Shown here: positions 45,597 through 55,520 of the stretch, piece by piece
How the letters are laid out: the number at the start of each line of letters is the position of its first letter
How positions within the stretch are numbered: the stretch's first letter is position 1
Origin: Thermoplasmata archaeon
Lineage (GTDB): Archaea > Thermoplasmatota > Thermoplasmata > Lutacidiplasmatales > UBA184
Direction: 5' to 3'
Assembly: GCA_027314165.1 (NCBI GenBank)
Contig: DAHVCH010000008.1
Span: 27,274-91,273, forward strand
DNA length: 64,000 bases
Program-made: the position numbers and the translations under genes
Notes under the pieces: generated by a model
What the model saw: the letters and a program-made list of their open reading frames with translations, nothing else
Database searches by the model: none
Told to the model about the DNA's origin: nothing

Positions 45597-47195
45597 ATGC
45601 CCAGGATCAGGACCACCTCCGGTGGCAGGGAAGGGGAGCTTCTGGCCCGGGCCAGGGCGCTGCGGAAGGAGCCGAGCCTGCTCCTCCCCCGTCTCGCGAA
45701 GGGGATCCCCACGGGGCCCTTCGACAAGGTCGAGCGGGACCTCATGGCCGTGCAGGAGGCCAAGAAGGACATTGCGGAACTCAAGCGCCTCTCCGGGAAG
45801 GGGGAGGACCTGGCGCGCGCGTACGCCGGCCTCCTCTATTATGCCGAGGAGCGGCCCAACGTGCTGGCGATCGTGGCTCGCCACCCGACGGGGGACATCC
45901 CCTATCTCCCTCTGGCGAACTCCTCGAAGGAGTCCCAGATCGCCGTCCAGTACTACGACGACCCCCGGCGCCTCCTGCTGGGGTACGTCCACCTGGCCCG
46001 GGGAGGATTCTTCGGCGGAGGAGGCTTCCACTTCTACGCGCTCGAGGACGGCATCCTCTGCACCGGGAAGGAGGCGGACCCGCCCCCCGAGTTCGTGCGG
46101 GCGGCCCTGGAACAGCTCCCCTACCGGCTCGCGCCTCCCGTCCCGAAGGACGCGGCCTCGGGGGGACGTTCCGAAGCGGGGAACGTGCTGGTCTGCCAGC
46201 ACCTCGCCCGAGGAGACGCCGCGGCGCACCTCCTCGTGCGCTGGAGGTCCGTGGGCCGGACGCTCAAGGTCTGCGAGCGCTGCGCACGCGAGGACGCCCA
46301 CCTGGTGGCCTCGCTCTCCGAAAGCATGGCCATTCCGAACCTGGAGGGGGAGTTCGAGGTGGAGGCGGTCCTTCCCGTGCGCCACCAGCACGAAGGAAGC
46401 TGTCCCCTCGCCCGGCTCCCCGACCTACCTCCCTCGCTGGAGAAGCGCTACCGCGCCGGGAAGATGAGCGACGCCGAGCTGCTGAAGGCGTACCGGGAGG
46501 AGGTCGACCGTGTCCTGGACGGCGTTCGCTCCACGGTCCTCGTGGCCGGAGGGCGGTGCTATCAGGACGACGTGGGGAAGTTCCTGGACGCGCTCGAGCC
46601 GACCCCGGCGGAGCGGCGCGCGCTGACGAAGGTGCTGCCTCACGTCGGCCATCCCTTGATCTCGCCCGAGGCCCGGGCGGGAAAGGTCGTCGAACTGCTC
46701 TGGAAGGACCACGCGTTGGACCTCCTGCGGGCCGCTGGCGCCTCGGAGGAGGAGGCCCGGCGACGGGAGACCGTGGCCCGCAACGCTCCCGGTCGAGCCT
46801 CCGAGGTGCTGAACCGGGTGGCGCAGCAGGTCCGGGAAGAGGCGGCGGTGGCCCAGTTGCCCGCCTACCGGGGCCTGGCCCCCGAGGCCGAGCTTGCGGA
46901 CCGTCTGGCCCGTCTCCTCCGCACCGCGGGCGCGACCGAGGTCGAGCGACGCATCTCCCGGGAGTCCCCCCCCGAGGGGAAGGTCCGGGGGATCACCTGG
47001 GCGTTCCTTCTGGCCCTTGGGAAGGAAGGCTCGCAGGCCTGGCGGTTCTCGGACACGGAGAAGGAGTTCGGGGCCGCGCTCGCCCCCGCCGCACGCCGCC
47101 TCCTGGAGGCGCCGTCGTCGGAGTACCACGAAGCGCTCAACGCCCTCCTGCTCGAGGCCGGGATCCCGACCTGGGGCGAACGCGTCGATCCGTGA
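45597..47195 (+). CDS. Conserved-looking hypothetical soluble protein, 532 aa
   Basis: Long ORF with normal composition; scattered Cys/His (ILCTG, VCQH, CERC, HQHEGSC); no family recognised. Confidence 0.75.
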   Translation: MPRIRTTSGGREGELLARARALRKEPSLLLPRLAKGIPTGPFDKVERDLMAVQEAKKDIAELKRLSGKGEDLARAYAGLLYYAEERPNVLAIVARHPTGDIPYLPLANSSKESQIAVQYYDDPRRLLLGYVHLARGGFFGGGGFHFYALEDGILCTGKEADPPPEFVRAALEQLPYRLAPPVPKDAASGGRSEAGNVLVCQHLARGDAAAHLLVRWRSVGRTLKVCERCAREDAHLVASLSESMAIPNLEGEFEVEAVLPVRHQHEGSCPLARLPDLPPSLEKRYRAGKMSDAELLKAYREEVDRVLDGVRSTVLVAGGRCYQDDVGKFLDALEPTPAERRALTKVLPHVGHPLISPEARAGKVVELLWKDHALDLLRAAGASEEEARRRETVARNAPGRASEVLNRVAQQVREEAAVAQLPAYRGLAPEAELADRLARLLRTAGATEVERRISRESPPEGKVRGITWAFLLALGKEGSQAWRFSDTEKEFGAALAPAARRLLEAPSSEYHEALNALLLEAGIPTWGERVDP

Positions 47196-47235
47196 GCTCC
47201 GGGCCGGACCCGGAGCCGATCTTCTCCCCTGGTCC

Positions 47236-48027
47236 TCAGGTCCCGGGAGCCGCCCGCTTTCGCCAGGAGCGCCAGGCCTCCTCCTCCACGACGTGGAGCG
47301 AGGGGGAGGGGAGGATGAGGCAGTGCAGGGGCGGGCCGAAGTCCCGTGCCTCGAGCTCCCCCCGGGGACCGACCACCACCTTCGCATCGGGAGCGCCGGC
47401 CCTTGCGATCACCGCGACCTCGCGCTCGGGCGGCAGCACTCCGCCCCGCCTCTCGGTCTCGAGCTCGCCCAAGAGCCGGAGGGCCTCGCCGGCGGTGAGG
47501 TAGTGACCCTCGGCGGGGTCCAGGTCGAGCAGCACCAGGGTGTGCAGCTCCGCCTTCCAGTTCGCAAGAAGCGCATCGTACGGCGACGTGGGTCGGAACC
47601 CTGGTCGCGGGCGCGGGAGCGAGACGGTCCGTCCGAACCGATAGTGGCTGAGCCCCACCAGGCTCGCCGCCGCGGTCAGGATGCTCGCGTTGTGGAGGAC
47701 CCTCCAGGTGTGGCCGTGCGCCTCGGCGGAGAGGCGAAGGGCGAGGTGGGTCGTCGCCGCGAACGGCTCCCCCACGACGAGGAGCGCGACGCTCCCGCCC
47801 TGGGCGAGGGCGTCCAGAACCCGACGCTCGCCCTCCACCTCCTCCCGCGACAGCTCTTGGACCTCCCGGCCCAGCTTCGAGCCCAATCGGGAGAGCGCCC
47901 CCTCCCCCCACCGGGAGGTGTACTGCTCCGCGAAGATCGCGCCGCACCCCGCAAGGTCCTCCATCGCTCTCTGCGAGAGGTCCTTCTCGTCGCAGAGACC
48001 CAGACCCACGAAGAGGAGTTCGCCCAC
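47236..48027 (-). CDS. dph5: Diphthine synthase
   Basis: MGELLFVGLGL...AEQYTS, LLVVGEPFAATTH, LHNASILTAA, YRFGRTVSLP, LHTLVLLDL, FGPPLHCLILP. GTG 48027. Confidence 0.93.
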   Translation of the reverse strand: MGELLFVGLGLCDEKDLSQRAMEDLAGCGAIFAEQYTSRWGEGALSRLGSKLGREVQELSREEVEGERRVLDALAQGGSVALLVVGEPFAATTHLALRLSAEAHGHTWRVLHNASILTAAASLVGLSHYRFGRTVSLPRPRPGFRPTSPYDALLANWKAELHTLVLLDLDPAEGHYLTAGEALRLLGELETERRGGVLPPEREVAVIARAGAPDAKVVVGPRGELEARDFGPPLHCLILPSPSLHVVEEEAWRSWRKRAAPGT

Positions 48028-48300
48028 GGCCGGCTCACCCCTCCCGAAACTTGAAGGCCACGATGGACGGCGAGGGCCATCCCCAGCGCCCCCCCCGAGT
48101 GCCGAACCGGCTAGGGACCCGTCCTCGGGGTGGGATCGGGGCGGCACGGGGAGGAGGGGAGGTTGCTCGGGGGGTGGTTCGGGGGAGCGGCGCCTCCCCG
48201 CGGCAGGGGAGAGGGGCGGGAAGGGGCTCGCTCCTCTCCCCTCTCGCGCTCCCAAATACTAATAATCCCCAGGTCACCCCCCATCCTCGACGTTCCCTTG

Positions 48301-49641
48301 ATGCCTCCCCCCCCTCAACAGGACCCTTCGTCCCTTCCCCCCCCCGCGCCAGGGGCCCCGCAGGCTCCCCAGGGTACCGTGAGCCTTCAGAAGATGGCGG
48401 AGCGCCGCCTCCTCTCACGCGCCCGGGTGCTGTCCTTCGTGGTGGTGGCCCTGCTGATCGTCACGGCCGGCATCTACTCGCTCTACGCCCTCGAAGGGAT
48501 CGGCCTCACCGAGGTCGTCTTCACGAACGACGTGATCGGCTACAACACCTCGTTGAACACGACGAACCCGAACGGGTCGGTCACGACCTCGACGACCCAC
48601 GTGGGGCCCAGCATCAACTCCACGACCCCCATCGGGAGCCTTCCGATCGGTACGTACTTTGCGTTCCTGAAATGGAGCGTGCTGATCGACCTCGCTCTCG
48701 TCTGGTTCCTCGTGATCTTCACGCTCTTCTCGATCCTGCGTCCCTCGAACCTGCGAGACCCGACCAAGCTCCTGGACGTGTTCTACGCCAACCTCCTCTT
48801 CGGGGTGGTCTTCTGGCCCATCGCGGCTTTAGGGGCCTACTTCGGAACGATAGCGCCGGCGGTGATGCTGGCCGTGGGGTTCCTCCCCGCGATCGTGCTC
48901 ACGAGGTTCCTCGCACGGTTCGTCGAAGAGGGGATCGGGAGCATCCTGCTCTTCGCGATCATCATCGCGTGCATGTCCCTCGTGATGATCATGAACGTCA
49001 TCCTTTGGGCGGCCTTCCTGGGCGGATTGGGCCTCCTGCTGGTGATCTTGCTCCAGTTCGTCCCGATCCTCATCTTCCTCCTCATGGCGTTCCTCGATCG
49101 CGCCGAGCCCATCCGGAGCCGGCCGCTGGTCGGAGAGCTCCTGCTCTGGGGAGGCGTGGGCGTGGTGCTGTCGGCGGTGGTAGGGGTCGCCTTCATGGGC
49201 TCGTTCAGTGGGGCCGCTTTCGACATCCTGACGATCACCTCCCTCTTTACCGGCTCGACCGTCCTCCTAGCACCCCAGATGACCCCCTGGACCTTCATCC
49301 ACGGGATCGCGAGCTCCTCCTTGGCCAGCTTCATCGCCGAAGTGGTGCCGCTGATCTTCGGGCTCACCGGCATCCTGACCGCCGTGATGAGCATCCCCCC
49401 GCTCCTCGCCGTCCGGGACTTCCTCATGGTGCGGAACGGGACCAGCGTGGCCGACCAGTGCAAGCGCTGCAAGCGCGCGTACATCGTGATGAAGTCCCGC
49501 AACAACGGCTACTGCGAGCGATGCCGCGTCCAGCCCCAGGTGCTACGGGCGGTCCGCGGCGCGTCGGCTCTCCCCCCCTCTCCGCTGGCGCCTCCCCCCA
49601 CGGCCCCGCCCCCGCCCCCACCCCCGGCGCCGGGAAGCTGA
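48301..49641 (+). CDS. Polytopic membrane protein with C-terminal zinc ribbon
   Basis: About 9-10 TM segments; C-terminal CKRC-x13-CERC; Pro-rich termini; AT-rich AAATACTAATAAT upstream. Confidence 0.75.
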   Translation: MPPPPQQDPSSLPPPAPGAPQAPQGTVSLQKMAERRLLSRARVLSFVVVALLIVTAGIYSLYALEGIGLTEVVFTNDVIGYNTSLNTTNPNGSVTTSTTHVGPSINSTTPIGSLPIGTYFAFLKWSVLIDLALVWFLVIFTLFSILRPSNLRDPTKLLDVFYANLLFGVVFWPIAALGAYFGTIAPAVMLAVGFLPAIVLTRFLARFVEEGIGSILLFAIIIACMSLVMIMNVILWAAFLGGLGLLLVILLQFVPILIFLLMAFLDRAEPIRSRPLVGELLLWGGVGVVLSAVVGVAFMGSFSGAAFDILTITSLFTGSTVLLAPQMTPWTFIHGIASSSLASFIAEVVPLIFGLTGILTAVMSIPPLLAVRDFLMVRNGTSVADQCKRCKRAYIVMKSRNNGYCERCRVQPQVLRAVRGASALPPSPLAPPPTAPPPPPPPAPGS

Positions 49642-49707
49642 TCGGGCGGTCCCGGGTCCTCGCCCGGGCGGAACAGGGTGGCAAAGAAGTGCGGGAAATG
49701 CCCCGCG

Positions 49708-50529
49708 CTAACCCCGGAGGGCGAGCACCGGACAGGGCGCGTGCCGGAAGAGCTCCTCGACGAACCGTCGGGTGAGGAGCGGCCCCTCCTCGCGCTGCGG
49801 GTCCTCGGCCACGAGGAGGAGCCCGTAGCGCTCCCTCCGGGCCGCCTCCAGGATGATCCCGGAGAGCGCCGTGTTGCGACCGACGAGCAGTCGCGCGGGG
49901 AAGAAGACCCGACGGCGCTGGTGGGAGACCCCGCGGGGCGTGATCACCGAAGTGTGACCGGAGCCCCCGGCGACGGACCCGAGGTGCGATCCGACGCTGA
50001 TGTTGAGCGTCGTGAGCGGGATACCTCCGTGCCGCACCGCCACCTGTTCCGCGAGGAGCATGGCCTTCGGGGGAGAAGCGCCCGAGAACGACGGAAGGAG
50101 GACCTTGTCGAAATGGGCCCCCGTGAGCGCGAGACGGTTCGCGATGAGCACGTCGCAGGGGGCGTGCTGCAGGAGCGCCGTGGCCGTGTGCCCGACGAAC
50201 GGGGCGCGGCCTCCCCTCTCGCCACGGAGCGTGAAGAGGATGGCGTCGATGCTGTGGCTCTCCGCCGTCTCCAGGATCTCCGAGGCCACGTCCTTCCCCG
50301 CCCGCACCTCCGGCTCCACGGGCACGTCGAGGGCCGCCCCGGTCTCATGGGCGGGCACCACGATGTTCACCGAGGAACGCCAGAGGCGGGTGACCTCGGG
50401 GATGGTGACGGCCGGGATGACGTGGAGGACCCTGAGCTCGCCATTCGGGTCGAGAAGCTCAGCTCCGAAGCGGAGGAGAGGCTCGACCTCCTGAGGGGTG
50501 GCGACCGGGATGAGGATCTTGCGGTACAT
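49708..50529 (-). CDS. Tandem universal stress protein (USP) domain protein; KdpQ-like by position
   Basis: MYRKILIPVA...LRVLHVI...FVGHTATALLQHAPCDVLI, then a second USP domain ending FVEELFRHAPCPVLALRG. Confidence 0.85.
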   Translation of the reverse strand: MYRKILIPVATPQEVEPLLRFGAELLDPNGELRVLHVIPAVTIPEVTRLWRSSVNIVVPAHETGAALDVPVEPEVRAGKDVASEILETAESHSIDAILFTLRGERGGRAPFVGHTATALLQHAPCDVLIANRLALTGAHFDKVLLPSFSGASPPKAMLLAEQVAVRHGGIPLTTLNISVGSHLGSVAGGSGHTSVITPRGVSHQRRRVFFPARLLVGRNTALSGIILEAARRERYGLLLVAEDPQREEGPLLTRRFVEELFRHAPCPVLALRG

Positions 50530-50641
50530 CTTCAGGCCTCACCCCCGAGCTTCCCCGGGGCAGGATGAGAACGTGGGGAGGACGTTAGCCTTTGGGCGAA
50601 CGGGCCCCACCTGCTTACCACGTTCCCCAGCCCCCCTCCGG

Positions 50642-51439
50642 TCATATCCATGCCCCCGCCATCTGGGGCTGCTGGAGCAGGAGCTGATCGAGCGTGATGA
50701 CGTTCACATAGGTCGGACCGACGATCCCGGCCGCCGGAGTGACGGTCGAGTCGTTGACGAGCCCCCAGAGCACCGACACCGAGACGTTGGAGTAGTGCGC
50801 CACCCGGGGGATCTGGATGAGCGCGGCGTCGGGGTACAGGTCGGGGTCCAGCCCGCTGGCCGAGGGGGAGACGAGGTCCAGCGGCACGGTCGAGTTCCCC
50901 AGGCCGTACTCCCGGATGTAGTGCAGCGTCGTGGCCTTGAGCGCCGGGTCCACGGGTCCGTACGGGGTCTCCCCTCCGGCACCGCTGAACGTCTGCCAGT
51001 CGATCTGCGAGGGTCGCAGCCAGAAGAGCGCGGGGTTGCTCACGTTCTCCCCGAGGAGGGTGCTCAGGCTGTGCGGGGTGACAGGGGAAACCACGTCGGC
51101 GGCCAGGGTGACGACTCCCGGGTAGATGGCGCCGGTGAGGAGGATCAGGATCGCGAGGAAGACGAGGGGGCCCCTGATCGATGGGCTATGGTAGGGCGGT
51201 TCCGGCGCGAGCTCGAAGCGCAGCCGGTCCGCGACCTCGGTGCCCGTCGCCGCTCCCGCTATCGAGGAGGGGGAGGCGATCGCCGAGTCGACCTCCTTCC
51301 CTTCAGGGGCCGCGCCCGCCGGACGGTCGGTGGCATGGTCTTTGGACGGAGGGTCGGCCGGAGCGGCATGCGACGTCGCCTTCGATGGCTCGGCCCCCGA
51401 CGGCCCGTGAGACGTGGTGGGTTTCCGCGTCGCGGTCAT
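50642..51439 (-). CDS. kdpC: K+-transporting ATPase subunit C
   Basis: LTGAIYPGVVT, LFWLRPS, VPLDLVSPSASGLDPDL, QIPRVA, YVNVITLD. Confidence 0.9.
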   Translation of the reverse strand: MTATRKPTTSHGPSGAEPSKATSHAAPADPPSKDHATDRPAGAAPEGKEVDSAIASPSSIAGAATGTEVADRLRFELAPEPPYHSPSIRGPLVFLAILILLTGAIYPGVVTLAADVVSPVTPHSLSTLLGENVSNPALFWLRPSQIDWQTFSGAGGETPYGPVDPALKATTLHYIREYGLGNSTVPLDLVSPSASGLDPDLYPDAALIQIPRVAHYSNVSVSVLWGLVNDSTVTPAAGIVGPTYVNVITLDQLLLQQPQMAGAWI

Positions 51440-53562
51440 CCGACCCCCAGGAGACGGAGCAGCGAGGAGAAGAGCCCCCCGAGCAGCGAGGGGGTGAGGT
51501 AGGTCATCGCGATGTAGAGGAGCTTGATGCCGGCGAAAGCGCTCACAAGCCCCCCGGCCCCGTAGAGCACGAGGTTCCTGCGCAACAGCTCGACGGCCGT
51601 GGCGGGCCGGAAGGAGGCCCCCGTGAGGGCGAGCGGGATGAGGGCGGGGATCATGAGCGCGTTGAAGAGCAGGGCGGCCAGCACGGCGAGGTTCGGGTTC
51701 GCCAGGCCGAGCACGTTCAGGGCGGCGACGTTCACGCTGCCGACGAAGATCGCGGGGACGATCGCGAAGTACTTCGCCACGTCGTTCGTGATGGAGAAGG
51801 TCGTGAGGGCTCCCCGGGTGATGAGGAGCTGCTTCCCGATGGAGATCACCTCGATGATCTTGGTCGGGTCGCTGTCCAGGTCCACCATGTTCCCCGCTTC
51901 CTTGGCGGCGGAGGTCCCGCTGTTCATCGCGAGCCCCACGTCGGCCCGGGCGAGGGCGGGCGCGTCGTTGGTGCCGTCCCCGGTCATCGCGACCAGGTGC
52001 CCGTAGAGCTTCTCACGCTGGATGAGCTCCAGCTTCGTCTCGGGCTTCGCCTCGGCGACGAAGTCGTCCACTCCGCTCTCCTTGGCGATGGAGGCGGCCG
52101 TGAGCCGGTTGTCGCCGGTGCACATGATCGTGCGGATGCCCATGAGCTTCAGTTCCTGAAGTCGGGAGTGGATCCCGGGCTTCACCACGTCCTTCAGCAG
52201 CACGACCCCCATGATCCGCTTGTTCACGGTGATCACGAGCGGGGTCATGCCCTGGCGGGAGGCGTCCATCGCCGTCTGGCGAAGGGGCACCGGCATCGCC
52301 CCCGCGTAGTCCTCGACCGCGGACATGGCCCCCTTCATCGCCTCCGTGCCGTCCGCCAGCACGAAGCCGCTCATCCGTCGGCTCGGGGTGAACGGGACCA
52401 CCCGTCCCTCCTCCACCCGCACCGACGGGTCGAGCCGAGCTCCGCGCAGGTGCGCGAGCCGCGCGATGGAACGTCCCTCGGGGGTGTCGTCGAGCGTCGA
52501 GGCGAGCAGCGCGGCCTTCTGCACCTCCGTCGCCGAGACCGAGGGGGCCGGGACAAGCTGCACCGCAAGGCGGTTCCCCACGGTGATCGTTCCCGTCTTG
52601 TCCAGGATGAGGATGTCCAGGTCTCCCGCAGCCTCGATGGCCTTGCCGCTCTTGGCGACGACGTTCGACCTCGCGACGCGGTTCACGCCCGAGATCCCGA
52701 TGGCGGAGAGCAAGCCCCCGATGGTGGTGGGGGCGAGGCAGACCACGAGCGCGATGAGCGTCGCGATGTTCAGCGAGCCCAGTCCGGAGAAGCGGAGCAG
52801 GTAGGCCAAGGTCACCACCACGACCAGCAACGCCGTCGTGAGGGCGGTCAGGATGATCATGAGCGAGAGCTCGTTCGGGCTCTTGTCGCGGGAAGTGCTC
52901 TCGACGAGCTTGATCATCTTGTCGAGGAAGCTGGTGCCGGGCTCGGCCGTCACGCGAACCTCGATGGTACCGCGGAGGACGCGGCTGCCCCCCAGGACGC
53001 TCGTGCGGTCCCCTCCGCTCTCCCGGAGCGCCGCCTCGGACTCTCCGGTCATCATCGACTCGTCGATGAGCGCGCCACCCTTGACCACGTCACCGTCGAG
53101 GGGGATGGTGTCACCCGGGCGCGCCTCGACGAGGTCGCCCATGTGCAGGTGGGAGGGGCTCACCCAGGTCCGCCGTCCGTCCGGCAGGACCTGCCGGGCC
53201 TGGATGCCGCTGCGCATCGTCCGCAGCGAGTCCGCCTGGGCCTTCCCCTGGGCCTCGGCGATGGCCTCCGCCAGGTTCGCGAACCACAGCGTCAGCAGCA
53301 GGATGATCGCGACCTCGAGGAAGTAGGAGCGGTCGAAGCCCTCCCGGAGGAGGTCCGGGAATGCGCTGGGCACCAGCGCGATGGTCAGGACGAGGAAGAA
53401 ACAGACGTAGACCACGAACATGATCGGGTTGCGGACCTGTTCCTTCGGGTGGAACTTCTTCAGCGAGGTCTTCACCACCAGCCCGACGTTCGTGTGGGAG
53501 CGCCGGCGCACGCTGACCCGGGCCCCCGCGGGCATCGGCCCGACCTCCGCCGTCACGCTCAT
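51436..53562 (-). CDS. kdpB: K+-transporting ATPase subunit B (P-type ATPase)
   Basis: RNPIMFVV, TGES, CLAPTTIGGLL, DKTGT phosphorylation site, TGDN, GDGTNDAPALA. ATG 53562 overlaps the kdpA stop (ATGA). Confidence 0.97.
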   Translation of the reverse strand: MSVTAEVGPMPAGARVSVRRRSHTNVGLVVKTSLKKFHPKEQVRNPIMFVVYVCFFLVLTIALVPSAFPDLLREGFDRSYFLEVAIILLLTLWFANLAEAIAEAQGKAQADSLRTMRSGIQARQVLPDGRRTWVSPSHLHMGDLVEARPGDTIPLDGDVVKGGALIDESMMTGESEAALRESGGDRTSVLGGSRVLRGTIEVRVTAEPGTSFLDKMIKLVESTSRDKSPNELSLMIILTALTTALLVVVVTLAYLLRFSGLGSLNIATLIALVVCLAPTTIGGLLSAIGISGVNRVARSNVVAKSGKAIEAAGDLDILILDKTGTITVGNRLAVQLVPAPSVSATEVQKAALLASTLDDTPEGRSIARLAHLRGARLDPSVRVEEGRVVPFTPSRRMSGFVLADGTEAMKGAMSAVEDYAGAMPVPLRQTAMDASRQGMTPLVITVNKRIMGVVLLKDVVKPGIHSRLQELKLMGIRTIMCTGDNRLTAASIAKESGVDDFVAEAKPETKLELIQREKLYGHLVAMTGDGTNDAPALARADVGLAMNSGTSAAKEAGNMVDLDSDPTKIIEVISIGKQLLITRGALTTFSITNDVAKYFAIVPAIFVGSVNVAALNVLGLANPNLAVLAALLFNALMIPALIPLALTGASFRPATAVELLRRNLVLYGAGGLVSAFAGIKLLYIAMTYLTPSLLGGLFSSLLRLLGVG

Positions 53563-55259
53563 GGGAGCGTCACTCCCGAGGAGAAGGGGCCCAGGGCCAG
53601 CACGGGCAGGAAGAGGAGGCCGCTCACCACGAGCAGGAACCCGATCAGGTAGATCGTGAAGGTCGCCGACTGGGTCCGCAGGGTTCCCGGCCCCGGAGGC
53701 AGCGTGGGCTCGCGGGCGAGCGCCCCGCCGATGGCGAGCATGGCGATGATGGGCAGGAACCGGCCGACGAGCATGATCACGCCGCCCAGGACGTTGAAGT
53801 ACGGTGTGGTGTCGCCGGCGTAGCCGGGGTAGCCCATCCCGCTCCCGTTGTTCGCGGCCTCGCTCGTGAACTCGTAGAGGATCTCCGTGAACCCTTGCGA
53901 CGTGTTCCCCGCGGTGGCGTGGAGGAGCCCCGGCAAGGAGACCGTGAGCGCGAGCGGGACGAGGATCGCGAAGGGGTGGGAGAGCAGGCTCACCGCCGCC
54001 CACTTCATCTCGCTACGGCCGATCTTGCATCCCAGGTACTCGGGCGTTCGCCCGACCATGAGCCCCGCGATGAACACGGCCAGCAGCGCGTTCACCAGGA
54101 GCATCCCGAAGCCGGTCCCCACCCCTCCAGGAGAGTCCTGCAGGAACATCCCCCAGAGGAGGACCATCTGGGCCCCCGGGGTCAGCGACTGGAGGGCCAT
54201 GGCCGTCGCCCCGACGTTGGCGTAGATGCTGGTCACCTGGAACAGGGCGTCCTCCCCGAGCGAGAATCGGGTCTCGCCTCCCATCAGACCGTAGCCCGCC
54301 GATTGGGAGACCGGGAGCCCCGAGAGCGCGGGGTTGCCGAGCTCAAAGATGAAGAACAGGCCGAGCGCCACCAGGAAGATGGCCAGGACGGCCGCGATCA
54401 ACGGGTAGGCCTCCCGAGGTCGGCGGGTCATCTCGCCGAACATGAACGGCGTGGCGAACGGGATGAGCATCATGATCACGGCCCCGGTGAGGAGCACCAC
54501 CGCGGTCGGCGCCTGCAGCGGATGGGCGAAGTTCGAGGCGAAGTAACCGCCCCCATTCGAGCCCAGCAGCTCGATCCCGCCCCAGGAGGCGAGGGGGCCG
54601 GAGGGGACGAGCATCCCTCCACCTCCGAGGTCCGGGACCGTGGTGGCCTGGGCGAGGGTCTGGTCGACCCCCATGAGCACGAAGATGAGCGCGCAGATCA
54701 CGGCCAGGGGGAAGAACACCCGGGTCACGGCCCGGGTGGCGTCGGCCCAGAAGTTCCCCAGCGTCCCGTCGCGGCGGACGAAGCCTCGGATGAAGGCCAC
54801 GACCACGCAAAGCCCGCTCACCGCGGAGAGGAACATGAGCATCTGAAGGCCGGCGAGGTCGGCGAGCAGGGAGACCCCTCCTTCGCCAGCATAGTGCTGG
54901 AAGTCGGTGTTCGTCGTGAACGAGGCGGAGGTGTGGAAGGCCAGATCCCAGGACATCCCCTGGGCGGACCAGAAATTGTAGGGCAGGAGCGACTGCTCCA
55001 TCAGCAGGACGAGGACGAAGACGAGCGCGAACGCGTTCAGCAGGAGCAGGGAGGCCGCGTACTCCTTCCACCCCATCGCCCGTCGGGGGTTGGTCCCCAC
55101 GAGGCGGTAGATCCCGCGCTCGATCGGCGCGAAGAACCCGTCCAGGAGGGTCGGTCGGTCCATGAAGACCCGGGCCATGTAGATGCCGAGGTACCGGGCG
55201 AGGACGAGCCCCACCAGCAGGGCCAGGCCTACGTCCCAGACGCTGAAGATGCTGGTCAT
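53559..55259 (-). CDS. kdpA: K+-transporting ATPase subunit A
   Basis: SFTTNTDFQHYAGE, LGSNGGGYFASNFAHP, GGVGTG, GRTPEYLG, SEAANNGSG, GRFLPI. Confidence 0.97.
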   Translation of the reverse strand: MTSIFSVWDVGLALLVGLVLARYLGIYMARVFMDRPTLLDGFFAPIERGIYRLVGTNPRRAMGWKEYAASLLLLNAFALVFVLVLLMEQSLLPYNFWSAQGMSWDLAFHTSASFTTNTDFQHYAGEGGVSLLADLAGLQMLMFLSAVSGLCVVVAFIRGFVRRDGTLGNFWADATRAVTRVFFPLAVICALIFVLMGVDQTLAQATTVPDLGGGGMLVPSGPLASWGGIELLGSNGGGYFASNFAHPLQAPTAVVLLTGAVIMMLIPFATPFMFGEMTRRPREAYPLIAAVLAIFLVALGLFFIFELGNPALSGLPVSQSAGYGLMGGETRFSLGEDALFQVTSIYANVGATAMALQSLTPGAQMVLLWGMFLQDSPGGVGTGFGMLLVNALLAVFIAGLMVGRTPEYLGCKIGRSEMKWAAVSLLSHPFAILVPLALTVSLPGLLHATAGNTSQGFTEILYEFTSEAANNGSGMGYPGYAGDTTPYFNVLGGVIMLVGRFLPIIAMLAIGGALAREPTLPPGPGTLRTQSATFTIYLIGFLLVVSGLLFLPVLALGPFSSGVTLP

Positions 55260-55284
55260 GATCCCTCCGCCGTGCCCGATGGCC

Positions 55285-55395
55285 CTACAGCCGCTCCGGC
55301 CGGATCATCGCGTAGAGGAGGTAGAACACCAGGGCGACCATGACCCCTGTGAACACGACGATGCCCAGGTTCTGAAGGAGCAGGTCGCCGACCAT
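55285..55395 (-). CDS. kdpF: K+-transporting ATPase subunit F (36 aa, absent from the ORF track)
   Basis: MVGDLLLQNLGIVVFTGVMVALVFYLLYAMIRPERL*, with the KdpF C-terminal YL-x-YA-x2-RPER signature, 25 bp upstream of kdpA. Confidence 0.9.
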   Translation of the reverse strand: MVGDLLLQNLGIVVFTGVMVALVFYLLYAMIRPERL

Positions 55396-55434
55396 GTCTG
55401 CATCCGGAGGTTCCCGGCCACCTCGAGTTCACGC

Positions 55435-55472
55435 CTTAAGTCTGTCCCCTGACTCGCAACGGCTCGCCAACG
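55435..55472 (-). promoter_or_regulatory. Candidate kdpF promoter (CTTAAG) with upstream imperfect direct repeat
   Basis: CTTAAG at 55435-55440; CTCGCAACG (55453-55461) and CTCGCCAACG (55463-55472) on the plus strand, 13-32 bp upstream of the box for minus-strand transcription. Confidence 0.4.
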
Positions 55473-55520
55473 TGCGAAAGAACCCTCCGAGGAGGGCCAG
55501 GGCCGGGGAAGGTGCCCCGG

